DNA of 64,000 nucleotides from an uncultured Collinsella sp. (GCA_902464565.1 CABQJV010000006.1:27839-91838), one strand, 5' to 3'; shown: positions 19,453 to 29,502, numbered from the stretch's first letter. Made by a program: numbers and translations. Notes: generated by a model not told the origin, from the letters alone.

Positions 19453-22254
19453 GTGGCAAACGAGTACAAGCAGACTATGAATCTGCCTAAGACCGGTTTT
19501 CCCATGCGTGCCGGTCTTTCCAAGTCCGAGCCCAAGCGACTCAAGGACTGGCAGGACAACAAGGTCTACGAGCAGGTTCTGAAGAAGAACGAGGGTCACA
19601 AGAAGTTCGTGCTGCACGACGGCCCTCCGTACGCCAACGGCCCGATCCACATCGGCCACGCCATGAATAAGATCTCTAAGGACATGATCAACCGCTACTG
19701 GATGATGCAGGGCTATGAGGTTCCCTATGTCCCCGGTTGGGACTGCCACGGTCAGCCGATTGAGCACAAGGTCGAGGAGAAGCTCGGCACCGAGAAGTTC
19801 AACCAGACCCCCACGGCCAAGATTCGTGAGCTCTGCAACGAGTTCGCAGTCGAGAACATCGAGCTGCAGAAGGCCGGCTTCCGTCGCCTGGGCGTACTCG
19901 GCGACTGGGACAACCCGTATCTGACGCTCTATCACCAGCATGATGCCGCCGACATCGAGGTCTTCAAGGCCATGTTCGATAAGGGCATGATCTATCGTGG
20001 CCACAAGCCGGTTCACTGGTGCAAGCACTGCCACACCGCACTTGCTGAGGCCGAGATTGAGTACTCCGACGAGACGAGCCCGTCCATCTTCGTGCGCTTT
20101 GAGATGACCTCCAAGCCCGCCGGCCTCGAGAACTTCGACGGCCCGGTTGACTTTATCATCTGGACGACCACGCCGTGGACCATCCCCTCCGACCAGGCAG
20201 TTTCTCTCAAGCCCGGTGCCGCCTACGTCGCCGTTGAGCACGACGGCCGCGCCGAGGTCATGCTCGAGGACCTAGCTCCCAAGTGCTGCGAGGAGTTTGG
20301 CTGGGAGTACACCCCGGTTGTGGTCGACGGCAAGCCCTATGTGGTTCCCGCCGAGACCTTCCATCACATTCACTATAAGCAGCCGATCTTTGACGGTGTC
20401 GAGGGCGTTGCGCTGTTGGCCGATTACGTCGGTGTCGATGACGGTACCGGTATCGTCCACAACTCGCCCGGTCACGGCGTCGACGACTACTTCGCCTGCC
20501 TCAAGGAGGGCATCACCGACATTTGCATGCCGGTCGATGACGACGGCAAGTTCTACACCGGCGAGGAGTTTGGCACCGGCGGCCCCTTCAGCGGCATGGA
20601 TACCGACGAGGCCAACCCGCATATCATCGAGTTCCTGCGCGAGCGCGGCACCCTGGTCCTCGAGAAGAAGATCACGCACAGCTATCCGCACTGCTGGCGC
20701 TGCAAGCACCCGGTGCTCTTCCGTGCTACCGACCAGTGGTTCGTCTCGATGGACAAGACCGGTCTGCGCGAGCAGGCTGGCAAAGAGGTCCGCGAGAACG
20801 TCAAGTGGTATCCGGCTCACGCCGCCAACCGCATCGGCGCCATGGTCGAGCAGCGTCCCGACTGGTGCATAAGCCGTCAGCGCAACTGGGGCGTGCCTAT
20901 CCCCAGCTACACTTGCGCCGACTGCGGCGAGAAGGTCATGAACGACGCCACGCTCGACGCCGTCATCAAGCTCTTCCACGAGAAGGGCTCCGACGCCTGG
21001 TTCACCGACGCTCCCGAGAGCTACCTGGGCGAGGCTTGCGTTTGCCCCAAGTGTGGTGGCCATCACCTCAAGGCTGATAAGGACATTCTCGACGTGTGGT
21101 GGGACTCCGGCGTGTCTTGGAAGGCCGTCTGCGAGTACCGCCCCGAGCTGGAGTACCCGGCGGATGTGTACCTCGAGGGCTCCGACCAGCACCGCGGTTG
21201 GTTCCAGAGCTCGCTGCTCACCTCGGTGGGCGCCAACGGCCACGCTCCGTACAAGGCGGTCGTCTCGCAGGGCTTCACCCTCGACGGCCAGGGCCGTAAG
21301 ATGTCCAAGTCGCTCGGCAACGTCATCGACCCCAATAAGGTCTGCGACGAGATGGGCGCCGACATCATCCGTCTGTGGGTTGCCTCTGTCGACACCAGCT
21401 CCGACGTCTCCATCGACCACGAGATCCTTGCTCGTACGTCCGATGCCTACCGTCGCTTCCGCAACACGCTGCGCTTCCTGCTTTCCGAGCTCGAGGGCCA
21501 GTTTGAGCCCGAGACCGACGGCGTCGCCTTTGTCGACCTGCTGCCGCTCGACAAGCTCATGGTTGCCCGCCTGACCCAGGTCCAGGCCGAGGTCGACGAT
21601 GCCTACGCCAGCTACGAGTTCCCGCGCGCCTACCGTGCGCTCTACGACTTCGTGGTTACCGAGCTTTCCAACGTGTACCTCGACGCCCTGAAGGATCGTC
21701 TGTACTGCGATAAGCCCGGTTCGCTTGAGCGCCGCAGTGCCCAGACCGTGCTGGCCGAGCTCTTCTCGATGCTCATGCGCGATCTGCAGCCGATCCTGTC
21801 CTACACCGTCGACGAGGCCATGGCCTATGCGCCCGCCGGCTGCGTCGACCACCAGAAGTACGCCGCGCTGCTCGATTGGTACAAGTCGCCCATCACGGTC
21901 GATGAGGCCAACGAGTTTGAGGGCGTGCTCGAGGCTTCACTCGAGCTCCGTAGCGCCGTGACCAAGGCCCTTGAGGATGCCCGTTCCGCCGGCACCTTCA
22001 CTAAGAGCCAGCAGGTCCGCGTCAAGGCGGTCGTTCCCGCCGAGATGTACGCGCTGCTGACCGGTGATAAGGCCGTCGACCTGGCCGAGTTCTACATCGT
22101 CTCCGATGTAGAACTGACCCAGGGCGAGGAGCTCTCCGTTGCCATCGAGGCAGCCGAGGGCGAGTGCTGCGACCGTTGCTGGAACTACCGCACCACCGTC
22201 GGCGAGTACAACGGCCACGCGCATATCTGCAAGCGCTGCGCTGATGCGCTGTAG
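19453..22254 (+). CDS. ileS: Isoleucine--tRNA ligase (IleRS1 type)
   Basis: DGPPYANG, HIGH, WCISRQR, EGSDQHRGWF, KMSKS, C-terminal CDRCW..CKRC Zn domain; GTG start after GAAAGGGG. Confidence 0.97.
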   Translation: MANEYKQTMNLPKTGFPMRAGLSKSEPKRLKDWQDNKVYEQVLKKNEGHKKFVLHDGPPYANGPIHIGHAMNKISKDMINRYWMMQGYEVPYVPGWDCHGQPIEHKVEEKLGTEKFNQTPTAKIRELCNEFAVENIELQKAGFRRLGVLGDWDNPYLTLYHQHDAADIEVFKAMFDKGMIYRGHKPVHWCKHCHTALAEAEIEYSDETSPSIFVRFEMTSKPAGLENFDGPVDFIIWTTTPWTIPSDQAVSLKPGAAYVAVEHDGRAEVMLEDLAPKCCEEFGWEYTPVVVDGKPYVVPAETFHHIHYKQPIFDGVEGVALLADYVGVDDGTGIVHNSPGHGVDDYFACLKEGITDICMPVDDDGKFYTGEEFGTGGPFSGMDTDEANPHIIEFLRERGTLVLEKKITHSYPHCWRCKHPVLFRATDQWFVSMDKTGLREQAGKEVRENVKWYPAHAANRIGAMVEQRPDWCISRQRNWGVPIPSYTCADCGEKVMNDATLDAVIKLFHEKGSDAWFTDAPESYLGEACVCPKCGGHHLKADKDILDVWWDSGVSWKAVCEYRPELEYPADVYLEGSDQHRGWFQSSLLTSVGANGHAPYKAVVSQGFTLDGQGRKMSKSLGNVIDPNKVCDEMGADIIRLWVASVDTSSDVSIDHEILARTSDAYRRFRNTLRFLLSELEGQFEPETDGVAFVDLLPLDKLMVARLTQVQAEVDDAYASYEFPRAYRALYDFVVTELSNVYLDALKDRLYCDKPGSLERRSAQTVLAELFSMLMRDLQPILSYTVDEAMAYAPAGCVDHQKYAALLDWYKSPITVDEANEFEGVLEASLELRSAVTKALEDARSAGTFTKSQQVRVKAVVPAEMYALLTGDKAVDLAEFYIVSDVELTQGEELSVAIEAAEGECCDRCWNYRTTVGEYNGHAHICKRCADAL

Positions 22255-22392
22255 GTTACGGCGTTCGTAGAACGCCGTAACCTACCGACGCTGCAAACGC
22301 CCCTAAGCGGCAATCTGACGTTCAATCGTCGGTCGCGTACCAAAGTGCGCTTCCCTCCTCTTTCACGTCACCTTGCTCGCTTAGGGACGTTT
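22251..22392. repeat. Structured intergenic element: perfect 16-bp hairpin plus a ~100-nt rod-like inverted repeat
   Basis: GTAGGTTACGGCGTTC-gta-GAACGCCGTAACCTAC (22251-22285); AAACGCCCCTAAGCG...CGCTTAGGGACGTTT (22295-22392) with nested GCAA/TTGC, TGACGT/ACGTCA and GCGTAC/GTGCGC stems. Confidence 0.7.
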
Positions 22393-22475
22393 TCGCTGTT
22401 GGCGACGGTAATGCGGCGTTTCCATTGCTGGAGCTAAAGGCTTTCTTTCGCTTTCGCTCTTAGTCGAAAGCTATC

Positions 22476-22513
22476 AAGCGACATTCCGTTTTTCGGAATG
22501 TCGCTTTTGTTTT
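22476..22513 (+). terminator. Intrinsic terminator downstream of ileS
   Basis: AAGCGACATTCCG-ttttt-CGGAATGTCGCTT followed by TTGTTTT. Confidence 0.8.
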
Positions 22514-22626
22514 GTGCTGGTTATTTCGCCAGCGTTGGTGAATATGCTGCGTGTTTGGCGTTTGTCACTATAAGATGGTTACTTACGTTAAACGTAATTC
22601 GATGTTCTTGAGGGTAGGGGATTGAT

Positions 22627-23226
22627 TTGGGTCGTGCTGGGGATATGACGCCGCCTTTGCGTTGGCGGTTGGGTGTTGCTGGTGGGGTGGCGCTGGTTGT
22701 GCTGCTTCTTGACCAGCTAACCAAGCTTGCGGTCCGTGCCGTGGGCGACGCTTTGCATGTGACCGTCATCCCCGGTGTCATCGACTTTATGTTTGTCCGT
22801 AATATCGGTGCTGCCTTTAGCATGGGCGAGGGCCATGGCGTTGCGTTCGCTGCGCTTGCGCTTGCAGTTATCGTCGCCATTGCCGTGTACCTGGTTCGCG
22901 CGCCTCAGCTCGCCCGCCTGGAGGTTGTGGGCATGGCCATGGTCGCGGGCGGCGCCATCGGCAACGCGATCGATCGCCTTGTCTTTGGATTCGTGACCGA
23001 TTTTATCGCCACCACCTTCATCGACTTTCCCGTCTTTAACGTGGCCGATATCGGCATTACGGTCGGCGTCGTGCTGGCACTCATCGGTTATATGTTCTTG
23101 AGCCCTGCCGCTCGCGAGGTCGATGCGACCGCCGAACTCAACGCTCGTGACGAGGCCCGCGCAAAACGCAAAGCCAAGCAGCGTGGGGAGCGTGCCCGCA
23201 AGATTCGCGAAAGGAATGAGCGCTAA
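22627..23226 (+). CDS. lspA: Lipoprotein signal peptidase II (start uncertain, alternative 22645)
   Basis: LDQLTK, NIGAAFS, GGAIGNAIDR, VTDFI, FPVFNVADI. Confidence 0.96.
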   Translation: MGRAGDMTPPLRWRLGVAGGVALVVLLLDQLTKLAVRAVGDALHVTVIPGVIDFMFVRNIGAAFSMGEGHGVAFAALALAVIVAIAVYLVRAPQLARLEVVGMAMVAGGAIGNAIDRLVFGFVTDFIATTFIDFPVFNVADIGITVGVVLALIGYMFLSPAAREVDATAELNARDEARAKRKAKQRGERARKIRERNER

Positions 23227-24239
23227 TGGCCGACATCCATATTCTTGTTGCCGACGATTGCTCTGGCCAGCGTCTTGACGCCTTTCTGGGTACCAACGAC
23301 GGCTGCCCCACGCGCTCTGCCTGCGCGCATCTGATCGAGGGCGGCGCCGTAATCGTGAACGGCGAGACCTGCCTATCAAAAAAATATGCTGTGCGCTCCG
23401 GTGACCGCATCTCGGTCGACCTGCCCGAGCCGCACGACCCGACTGACGTGATTCCCGAGGCCATTCCCCTCGATATCCGCTACGAGGACGACTACCTTAT
23501 CGTGCTCTCCAAGCAGCGGGGCCTGGTGTGCCATCCCGCCCATGGCCACGAGAGCGGCACCCTTGCGAACGCTCTGGTCTACCACTGTGGCATCGACCAT
23601 CTTGGTACCGTGCAGGGTGAGGACCGCCCCGGGATCGTGCATCGTTTGGATCGCGATACCTCGGGTCTCATGCTTGCGGCAAAGGACGACGACACGCAGC
23701 GCGCGCTTCAAAATCTCATTCGCACGCGTACGCTCGACCGCCGCTATATCACGCTCGTCCACGGGCACATCGCCATGGACGAGGGCACCATTAACACTGG
23801 AATTGCCCGCTCTACGCGTGACCGTGTCAAGATGGCGGTTTCGGACGATCCCTTTGCCCGTCAGGCCATTACGACCTTTAGGGTCCTCGAGCGCTTTGAT
23901 TCCACACGCTTTGACGATGGCTATACGCTCGTCGAGTGCCACCTGTTTACCGGTCGCACGCACCAGATTCGCGTGCATATGCGTCATATCAACCACGCCT
24001 GCGTGGGCGATCCGCTCTACGGCAAGTGCGATGCGCGCGCCGACCAGGGCCTGACCAGGCAGTTCCTGCATTCTTGGCGCGTGGCGTTCGACCATCCCGT
24101 GACGGGGGAGCGCATTGAGTGCCGCGGCGAGTTGCCGTGGGATCTCGCTGCGGTTCTCGATGATCTGGCTCCGCGCTCGCTCGGTCGCACGGCCGCTGGA
24201 GATGAAATCGTTCCGCAGCTCGGTCTTCTCGAAGCCTAG
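23226..24239 (+). CDS. rluD: RluA/RluD family 23S rRNA pseudouridine synthase
   Basis: S4 domain RLDAFL, RPGIVHRLDRDTSG, TGRTHQIRVH, GDPLYG; follows lspA. Confidence 0.9.
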   Translation: MADIHILVADDCSGQRLDAFLGTNDGCPTRSACAHLIEGGAVIVNGETCLSKKYAVRSGDRISVDLPEPHDPTDVIPEAIPLDIRYEDDYLIVLSKQRGLVCHPAHGHESGTLANALVYHCGIDHLGTVQGEDRPGIVHRLDRDTSGLMLAAKDDDTQRALQNLIRTRTLDRRYITLVHGHIAMDEGTINTGIARSTRDRVKMAVSDDPFARQAITTFRVLERFDSTRFDDGYTLVECHLFTGRTHQIRVHMRHINHACVGDPLYGKCDARADQGLTRQFLHSWRVAFDHPVTGERIECRGELPWDLAAVLDDLAPRSLGRTAAGDEIVPQLGLLEA

Positions 24240-24321
24240 CCAGTATTAGGTGGTTTCTTGAACTCGGTAAGCCTGCGGTAAGATATACGGTTGTTTACGT
24301 AACGCGTTGCTGGGGGCCTGC

Positions 24322-25617
24322 ATGCTCGCCTTTTTACAAACCAACACACCCATCGTGATCTTCAACCAGATTGTCGTCACGCTGCTCACGGTCTGCTTTC
24401 TGTACCAGGTGGTCTTCTTTGTCATTGGCGCTCTTCGTGGCGAGGTCGCGCCTCCCAAGGCCAAAAAACTCCATCGCTATGCTTTCTTTATCGCGGCGCA
24501 TAACGAGGAGGCCGTGATCGCCAACCTCGTTCGCTCCATCAAGGATCAGGATTATCCGTCCGAGCTTATCGAGGTCTTTGTCGTTGCCGACGCCTGCACC
24601 GACAACACCGCGCAGCTCGCGCGCGAGGCAGGTGCCATTGTTTACGAACGCAATGATCTTGCCCGTAAGGGTAAGAGCTGGGTCATGGACTTTGGTTTCG
24701 ACCGTATCCTTAACGAGTATCCGGATACGTTTGAGGGCTACTTTATCTTCGATGCCGACAACGTTATCTCCCGCGATTACGTCTCCAAGATGAATGATGC
24801 CTTTGACCAGGGCTTCCATGTGGTCACGAGCTATCGTAACTCCAAGAACTTCGGCAGCTCGTGGATTTCGTCTGCCAACGCCACCTGGTATCTGCGCGAG
24901 GCTCGCTTCCTCAACAACGCGCGTAATATCTGCAAGACGTCCTGCGCTGTCTCGGGTTCGGGCTACCTTATTTCGGCGAGCGTGATCGAGGGTATGCACG
25001 GCTGGCAGTTCCATACGCTGACCGAGGACATTCAGTTCACTACGTTCTGCGCTATTCACGGTATTCGCATTGGCTATGCGCCGGCGGAGTTCTTTGACGA
25101 GCAACCCGTGACGTTCAAGGCATCCTGGAAGCAGCGTATGCGCTGGACCAAGGGCTTTTACCAGGTGTTCTTTACCTACGGTAAGCACCTGGTCAAGTCG
25201 ACCTTCCGCTACCATCGCTTTGCCGCCTACGACATGTTCATGACGATCGCCCCGGGTATGCTGCTGTCGCTCATCTCGATGCTCGCCAATGCGACGTTCC
25301 TGATCGTGGGTGGACTCTCGCACGGCTTTTTGGCTACCGAAGTCGAGATGCAGGCCTGTGCCGCTTCGCTCATTATGACCTTCGCCATGATGTATCAGAC
25401 TTTCTTTATCCTGGCGCTGCTCACGACTATCTTTGAGTACAAGCACATTCACTGCGCGCAAAAGTGGCGTCTGGTGACTAACCTGTTTACCTTCCCGATC
25501 TTTATGTTCAGCTATATCCCCATCACGGTGGCCGCGCTGTTCCTGAAGGTCGACTGGGTGCCGACGCAGCACGCCGTCAACGTTACCCTTGACGAGGTCA
25601 TGCAAGGCGCCAAATAA
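24322..25617 (+). CDS. Processive GT2 membrane glycosyltransferase
   Basis: AAHNEE, DACTD, FDADN, TED, QRMRW (D,D,D,QxxRW) plus TM helices. Confidence 0.9.
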   Translation: MLAFLQTNTPIVIFNQIVVTLLTVCFLYQVVFFVIGALRGEVAPPKAKKLHRYAFFIAAHNEEAVIANLVRSIKDQDYPSELIEVFVVADACTDNTAQLAREAGAIVYERNDLARKGKSWVMDFGFDRILNEYPDTFEGYFIFDADNVISRDYVSKMNDAFDQGFHVVTSYRNSKNFGSSWISSANATWYLREARFLNNARNICKTSCAVSGSGYLISASVIEGMHGWQFHTLTEDIQFTTFCAIHGIRIGYAPAEFFDEQPVTFKASWKQRMRWTKGFYQVFFTYGKHLVKSTFRYHRFAAYDMFMTIAPGMLLSLISMLANATFLIVGGLSHGFLATEVEMQACAASLIMTFAMMYQTFFILALLTTIFEYKHIHCAQKWRLVTNLFTFPIFMFSYIPITVAALFLKVDWVPTQHAVNVTLDEVMQGAK

Positions 25618-25623
25618 CCACCA

Positions 25624-25667
25624 CCAAAACCACCGCAAAGGGGACAGGCACCTTTGTGGTGGTTTTT
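25624..25667. repeat. REP-like palindrome, family A copy 2 (inverted relative to copy 1)
   Basis: AAAACCACCGCAAAGG-ggacaggca-CCTTTGTGGTGGTTTT. Confidence 0.8.
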
Positions 25668-25698
25668 GCTTTTGCGATGCAGCTCGAGGAGGAGTCCG

Positions 25699-26121
25699 AT
25701 GGCCTATATCCCGTTTTGGATTTGCATCTTTGCCGGCGTGGCAATTGATGCCCGAGAGCGACGGTTTCCCAATGGGCTTGCCGGCGCATGTGCCGTGGCG
25801 GCGTTGGCGGGCGTTTGGCTCGACCTCGGTTTGAACACAGCGCTTGACCACGCCGGTCTTGCGGTCATCGTCTACCTTGCCCTTGTGCTCACTGAGTCGC
25901 TCTGGCGGCGCCTTCGCCACGCCCCGGGCATCGGCATGGGGGATGCTAAGGCGCTCTTCGCGCTTTGCACGCTCGACCCTATGGGTGGCATCGTGGCATT
26001 TGCCGTCGCACTCCTGGCCCTGGCCCTCTCCTGCCTCTTCACAAAATCGCGCTCCCTGCCATTGCTCCCGTTTTTAGTGCCGATTTTTGCCATAATCGAG
26101 GTCGTGGGCTGCACTTTGTAA
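25699..26121 (+). CDS. Short A24-family prepilin peptidase (TadV/CpaA-like)
   Basis: IDARERRFPN and GIGMGDAK aspartate motifs, LPLLPFL tail, hydrophobic; GGAGGAG RBS. Confidence 0.8.
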   Translation: MAYIPFWICIFAGVAIDARERRFPNGLAGACAVAALAGVWLDLGLNTALDHAGLAVIVYLALVLTESLWRRLRHAPGIGMGDAKALFALCTLDPMGGIVAFAVALLALALSCLFTKSRSLPLLPFLVPIFAIIEVVGCTL

Positions 26122-26152
26122 CCGATTGCGCATCCTTCTTAAGGAGCATGCC

Positions 26153-27400
26153 ATGGCATCTAATCAAGAAACGGCCGTCATTAAGGCGCGCATGGACCGT
26201 ATTCCCTCGGCGTTGTCGCCCGAACTAGTCGAGCGCATTGTCGCCGATCGTGCTTCGGGCTATGTCAACCCGTATCGTTGCAACGATGATCAGGTCATTC
26301 GTCGTATTGATCGCGCCGCCGACAAAGGCACGCTTATGCGTCCGGCGTTTATGCGCGATACCGAAAAGATACTTCATCTTCCGGCGTACACCCGTTATGC
26401 AGGTAAAACGCAGGTCTTTAGCTTCCGTAGCAATGACGATCTGTCACGCCGCGGTTTGCACGTGCAGCTTGTCTCCCGCATTGCGCGCGATATCGGTCGC
26501 GCCCTGGGGCTCAACTGCGATCTGATCGAGGCGATTGGCCTGGGCCACGACTTGGGACACACGCCTTTCGGCCATGCCGGCGAGCGCTTCCTCAACGATA
26601 TCTATCATGAGCGTACGGGGCGTTATTTTTTCCATAACGTGCAGTCGGTCCGCGTGCTCGACGCGTTGTATGGCCGCAACGTGTCGCTCCAGACGCTCGA
26701 CGGCGTGCTATGCCATAACGGCGAGTACGAGCAGCGAGTGTTTGAGCTCTCGGACATGGGCTCCTTTGACCAGTTTGACCAGACGGTTGAGGATTGTATT
26801 GCCACGGGCTATAGCGCAATTGAGCATCTGCGTCCCATGACGCTCGAGGGCTGCGTCGTTCGCATCTCGGATATTCTTGCCTACGTCGGTCGTGACCGTC
26901 AGGATGCGATCGCGGCGGGCCTGCTTTCGCCCGACGTTTTTGATGATGGCCGGGGCGGTGCCTACAACAGTTGGATCCTCGCGCATGCCTCCATCGATAT
27001 CGTTGAGCACAGCTATGGTAAGCCGCGCATCGAGATGAGCGAGGACCTGTTTGGGGAAATCCGCCGAGCCAAGCGCGAGAACTACGAGAAGATCTATAGC
27101 AAGGGCGGTATCGAAGGCGATTCCGAGGTGGAGCTGCGCGAGGCCTTCGAAAAGCTCTACGACCGTTGCCTGCGGGATCTAAATAGTGGTGACGAGTCCT
27201 CTTACATCTTTAAGCACCATATTTCGCGCATTGAGCAGCAACTTTCCTACTACGATCGCACCTATGCCTGGCAGGACGACAAGGATCAAGCCGTGGTGGA
27301 TTATATCGCGAGCATGACGGACGGTTATTTCTGCGAACTGACGAGCAAGCTGTTCCCGGGTCTAAAGTTTCCGCATCGTACCTATATTAACGAACGGTAG
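26153..27400 (+). CDS. dGTP triphosphohydrolase-like HD-domain protein
   Basis: F.RD..KI.H, GKTQVF, HDLGHTPFGHAGE, TLEGCVVRISD, DYIASMTD. Confidence 0.92.
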   Translation: MASNQETAVIKARMDRIPSALSPELVERIVADRASGYVNPYRCNDDQVIRRIDRAADKGTLMRPAFMRDTEKILHLPAYTRYAGKTQVFSFRSNDDLSRRGLHVQLVSRIARDIGRALGLNCDLIEAIGLGHDLGHTPFGHAGERFLNDIYHERTGRYFFHNVQSVRVLDALYGRNVSLQTLDGVLCHNGEYEQRVFELSDMGSFDQFDQTVEDCIATGYSAIEHLRPMTLEGCVVRISDILAYVGRDRQDAIAAGLLSPDVFDDGRGGAYNSWILAHASIDIVEHSYGKPRIEMSEDLFGEIRRAKRENYEKIYSKGGIEGDSEVELREAFEKLYDRCLRDLNSGDESSYIFKHHISRIEQQLSYYDRTYAWQDDKDQAVVDYIASMTDGYFCELTSKLFPGLKFPHRTYINER

Positions 27401-27461
27401 TTCGTATCCTTTCGGTATACTGGTTAGTTGAAAACGTTTTTGATTGATGCACGGGATGGCT

Positions 27462-28811
27462 ATGGACGACCTTTTTTCTGCCTCGACGCGCGAGCGTTCC
27501 TTTAAAAATGCGCCGCTCGCGGTGCGCATGCGACCCAATTCGCTCGACGAGTACGTGGGCCAGCAAAAGGCCGTCGGTAAGGGCTCATGGTTGCGTGCCG
27601 CGATCGAGCACGACGTGCTTTCGAGCGTGATTCTGTACGGGCCGGCCGGTACGGGTAAGACGACGCTGGCCCACATTATCGCCAACCATACCAAGAGCGA
27701 GTTTGTCGAGGTCAGCGCCGTGACGGGTACCGTGAAGGATCTTCGCCGCGTGATTGACGAGGCCAAGACGCGCCTGAATACCTACGACCGCCGCACCATC
27801 CTGTTTATCGACGAGATTCACCGCTTCTCCAAGTCTCAGCAGGATGCCTTGCTGCATGCGGTTGAGAACCGTACCGTCATTATGATTGGCGCCACGACGG
27901 AGAATCCGTACTTCGAGGTCAACTCGGCATTGCTCTCGCGCGGTCGCGTGGTGGAGCTTGAGCATCTTAAAGACGAGGATATCGCCACGCTTATCGAGCG
28001 TGCGCTCGAGGCGCCGCAGGGTTTGAACGGCAAGTTCTCGGCCGATGAGGATACGGTTAAGACCATCTGCACGCTGGCAGCGGGTGACGCTCGCTCGGCG
28101 CTCACGACGCTCGAACTTGCGAGCGAGATTGCCGTCACGCGTCCCGATACCGAGGGAACGCCAGCGCCCGTGGCGGGGGAGCGCTATCCCATCACCGTGG
28201 ATGACGTGAAGATCGCCAACCCGCGTCGTGGATTTTCGTATGACAAAAACGGCGACATGCACTACGACATCATCAGTGCGTTTATTAAGTCCATGCGCGG
28301 TAGCGACCCCGATGCCACGATCTATTGGCTCGCGCGCATGATTGATGCGGGGGAGGATCCTAAGTTTATCGCTCGCCGTATTATGATTCAGGCTTCTGAG
28401 GATGTTGGCAACGCCGACCCGCAGGCGCTTTTGGTGGCGCATGCCGCGTTTAAGTCTGCCGAGGTCATTGGCTATCCCGAGTGCCGCATTAACCTGGCTC
28501 AGGCTGCACTCTATGTGTGTTTGGCCCCTAAATCCAACGCGTGTGAGGCTTCGATTGATGCGGCGCTGGCCGATATCCATTCTAGTGGGCTTCGCGAGGT
28601 GCCGAGTTATCTGCGCGATCGCCATCGCCCAGGCAGCGACGACTACGGTGTGTATAAATACCCGCACGATTATCCCGAAGGCTGGGTCGATCAGCGCTAT
28701 TTGCCCGAGGGGCTGGAGCGCGGTGCGTTCTGGCAGCCTGCCGGGCGCGGCTGGGAAGAGTGGCGCGTAGAGCAAAGCGAGCGCGACCGCAGCGGGAATG
28801 CACCGAAGTAG
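27462..28811 (+). CDS. rarA: Replication-associated recombination protein RarA/MgsA
   Basis: PLAVRMRP, GPAGTGKTT, FIDEIHRF, GATTENP, ISAFIKSMRGSDPDA, YKYPHDY. Confidence 0.95.
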   Translation: MDDLFSASTRERSFKNAPLAVRMRPNSLDEYVGQQKAVGKGSWLRAAIEHDVLSSVILYGPAGTGKTTLAHIIANHTKSEFVEVSAVTGTVKDLRRVIDEAKTRLNTYDRRTILFIDEIHRFSKSQQDALLHAVENRTVIMIGATTENPYFEVNSALLSRGRVVELEHLKDEDIATLIERALEAPQGLNGKFSADEDTVKTICTLAAGDARSALTTLELASEIAVTRPDTEGTPAPVAGERYPITVDDVKIANPRRGFSYDKNGDMHYDIISAFIKSMRGSDPDATIYWLARMIDAGEDPKFIARRIMIQASEDVGNADPQALLVAHAAFKSAEVIGYPECRINLAQAALYVCLAPKSNACEASIDAALADIHSSGLREVPSYLRDRHRPGSDDYGVYKYPHDYPEGWVDQRYLPEGLERGAFWQPAGRGWEEWRVEQSERDRSGNAPK

Positions 28812-28911
28812 CTGCTGATAATTTTGTCCCACGTTGCTGCTCTTGGCATGTTCGGTCCCCTTTGGGGTACCATGAAAAGCGTCTGTATTTCGATTTTTCC
28901 GGGAGGCTTGT

Positions 28912-29502
28912 ATGAGTCCCATTCAAATCGCCCTGCTGCTGCTCGCCGTTGCCGGCGTGTGGGCCATCGCTGAGCTCGCGCTTACCCTGCGCAAGACCCG
29001 CAATGTTGTCGACTCGCTCGATAAGACCGTGAACGACCTCAACAACACCATCGCCGAGGCTCAGCCTGTGGTGGCAAAGCTCGATGGCGCTGTCGATGAG
29101 CTTACGCCGGCGCTTGCCCAGATGGAGCCGCTGCTTAAGTCGAGCAAGACGGCAGTTGATGCCCTTACCTCCAATCTCGTAGAGGTCGAAGCCGTGGTTC
29201 GCGACATTTCTGAGGTTACGGGCAGCATGGCCGAGGCCAGCAATGCTGTGTCGAGCGTGACTGATTCTGCGGCAGGTGCCGTGCAGAAACTCTTTAACAA
29301 GGTGAAGGCTCCCGCGGCCGACGCTGAGCGCAAGCTTTCCGCTGCCGAAGAAGCCGAGCAGCCGACCGAGCGTGTCCTGATTGGCGAAGCCGGGGACGAT
29401 GTCGCTGCTGGTGACAATGATGCACAGAAGCCTGCTGCTAAAGCAGCCCAGTATTACACCTACACCCCCGCCCAGACCTCCGAGGAGTCCTGCGATGAGT
29501 AG
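28912..29502 (+). CDS. DUF948 (YtxG/YoxC-like) membrane-anchored coiled-coil protein
   Basis: Single N-terminal TM followed by heptad repeats; GGAGG RBS. Confidence 0.65.
   Translation: MSPIQIALLLLAVAGVWAIAELALTLRKTRNVVDSLDKTVNDLNNTIAEAQPVVAKLDGAVDELTPALAQMEPLLKSSKTAVDALTSNLVEVEAVVRDISEVTGSMAEASNAVSSVTDSAAGAVQKLFNKVKAPAADAERKLSAAEEAEQPTERVLIGEAGDDVAAGDNDAQKPAAKAAQYYTYTPAQTSEESCDE

Noticed and set aside
28845..28870. Possible SigB/SigF promoter (GGCAT-N15-GGGTAC) upstream of DUF948
   Set aside because: The -35 match and spacing are weak; it cannot be supported without TSS data.
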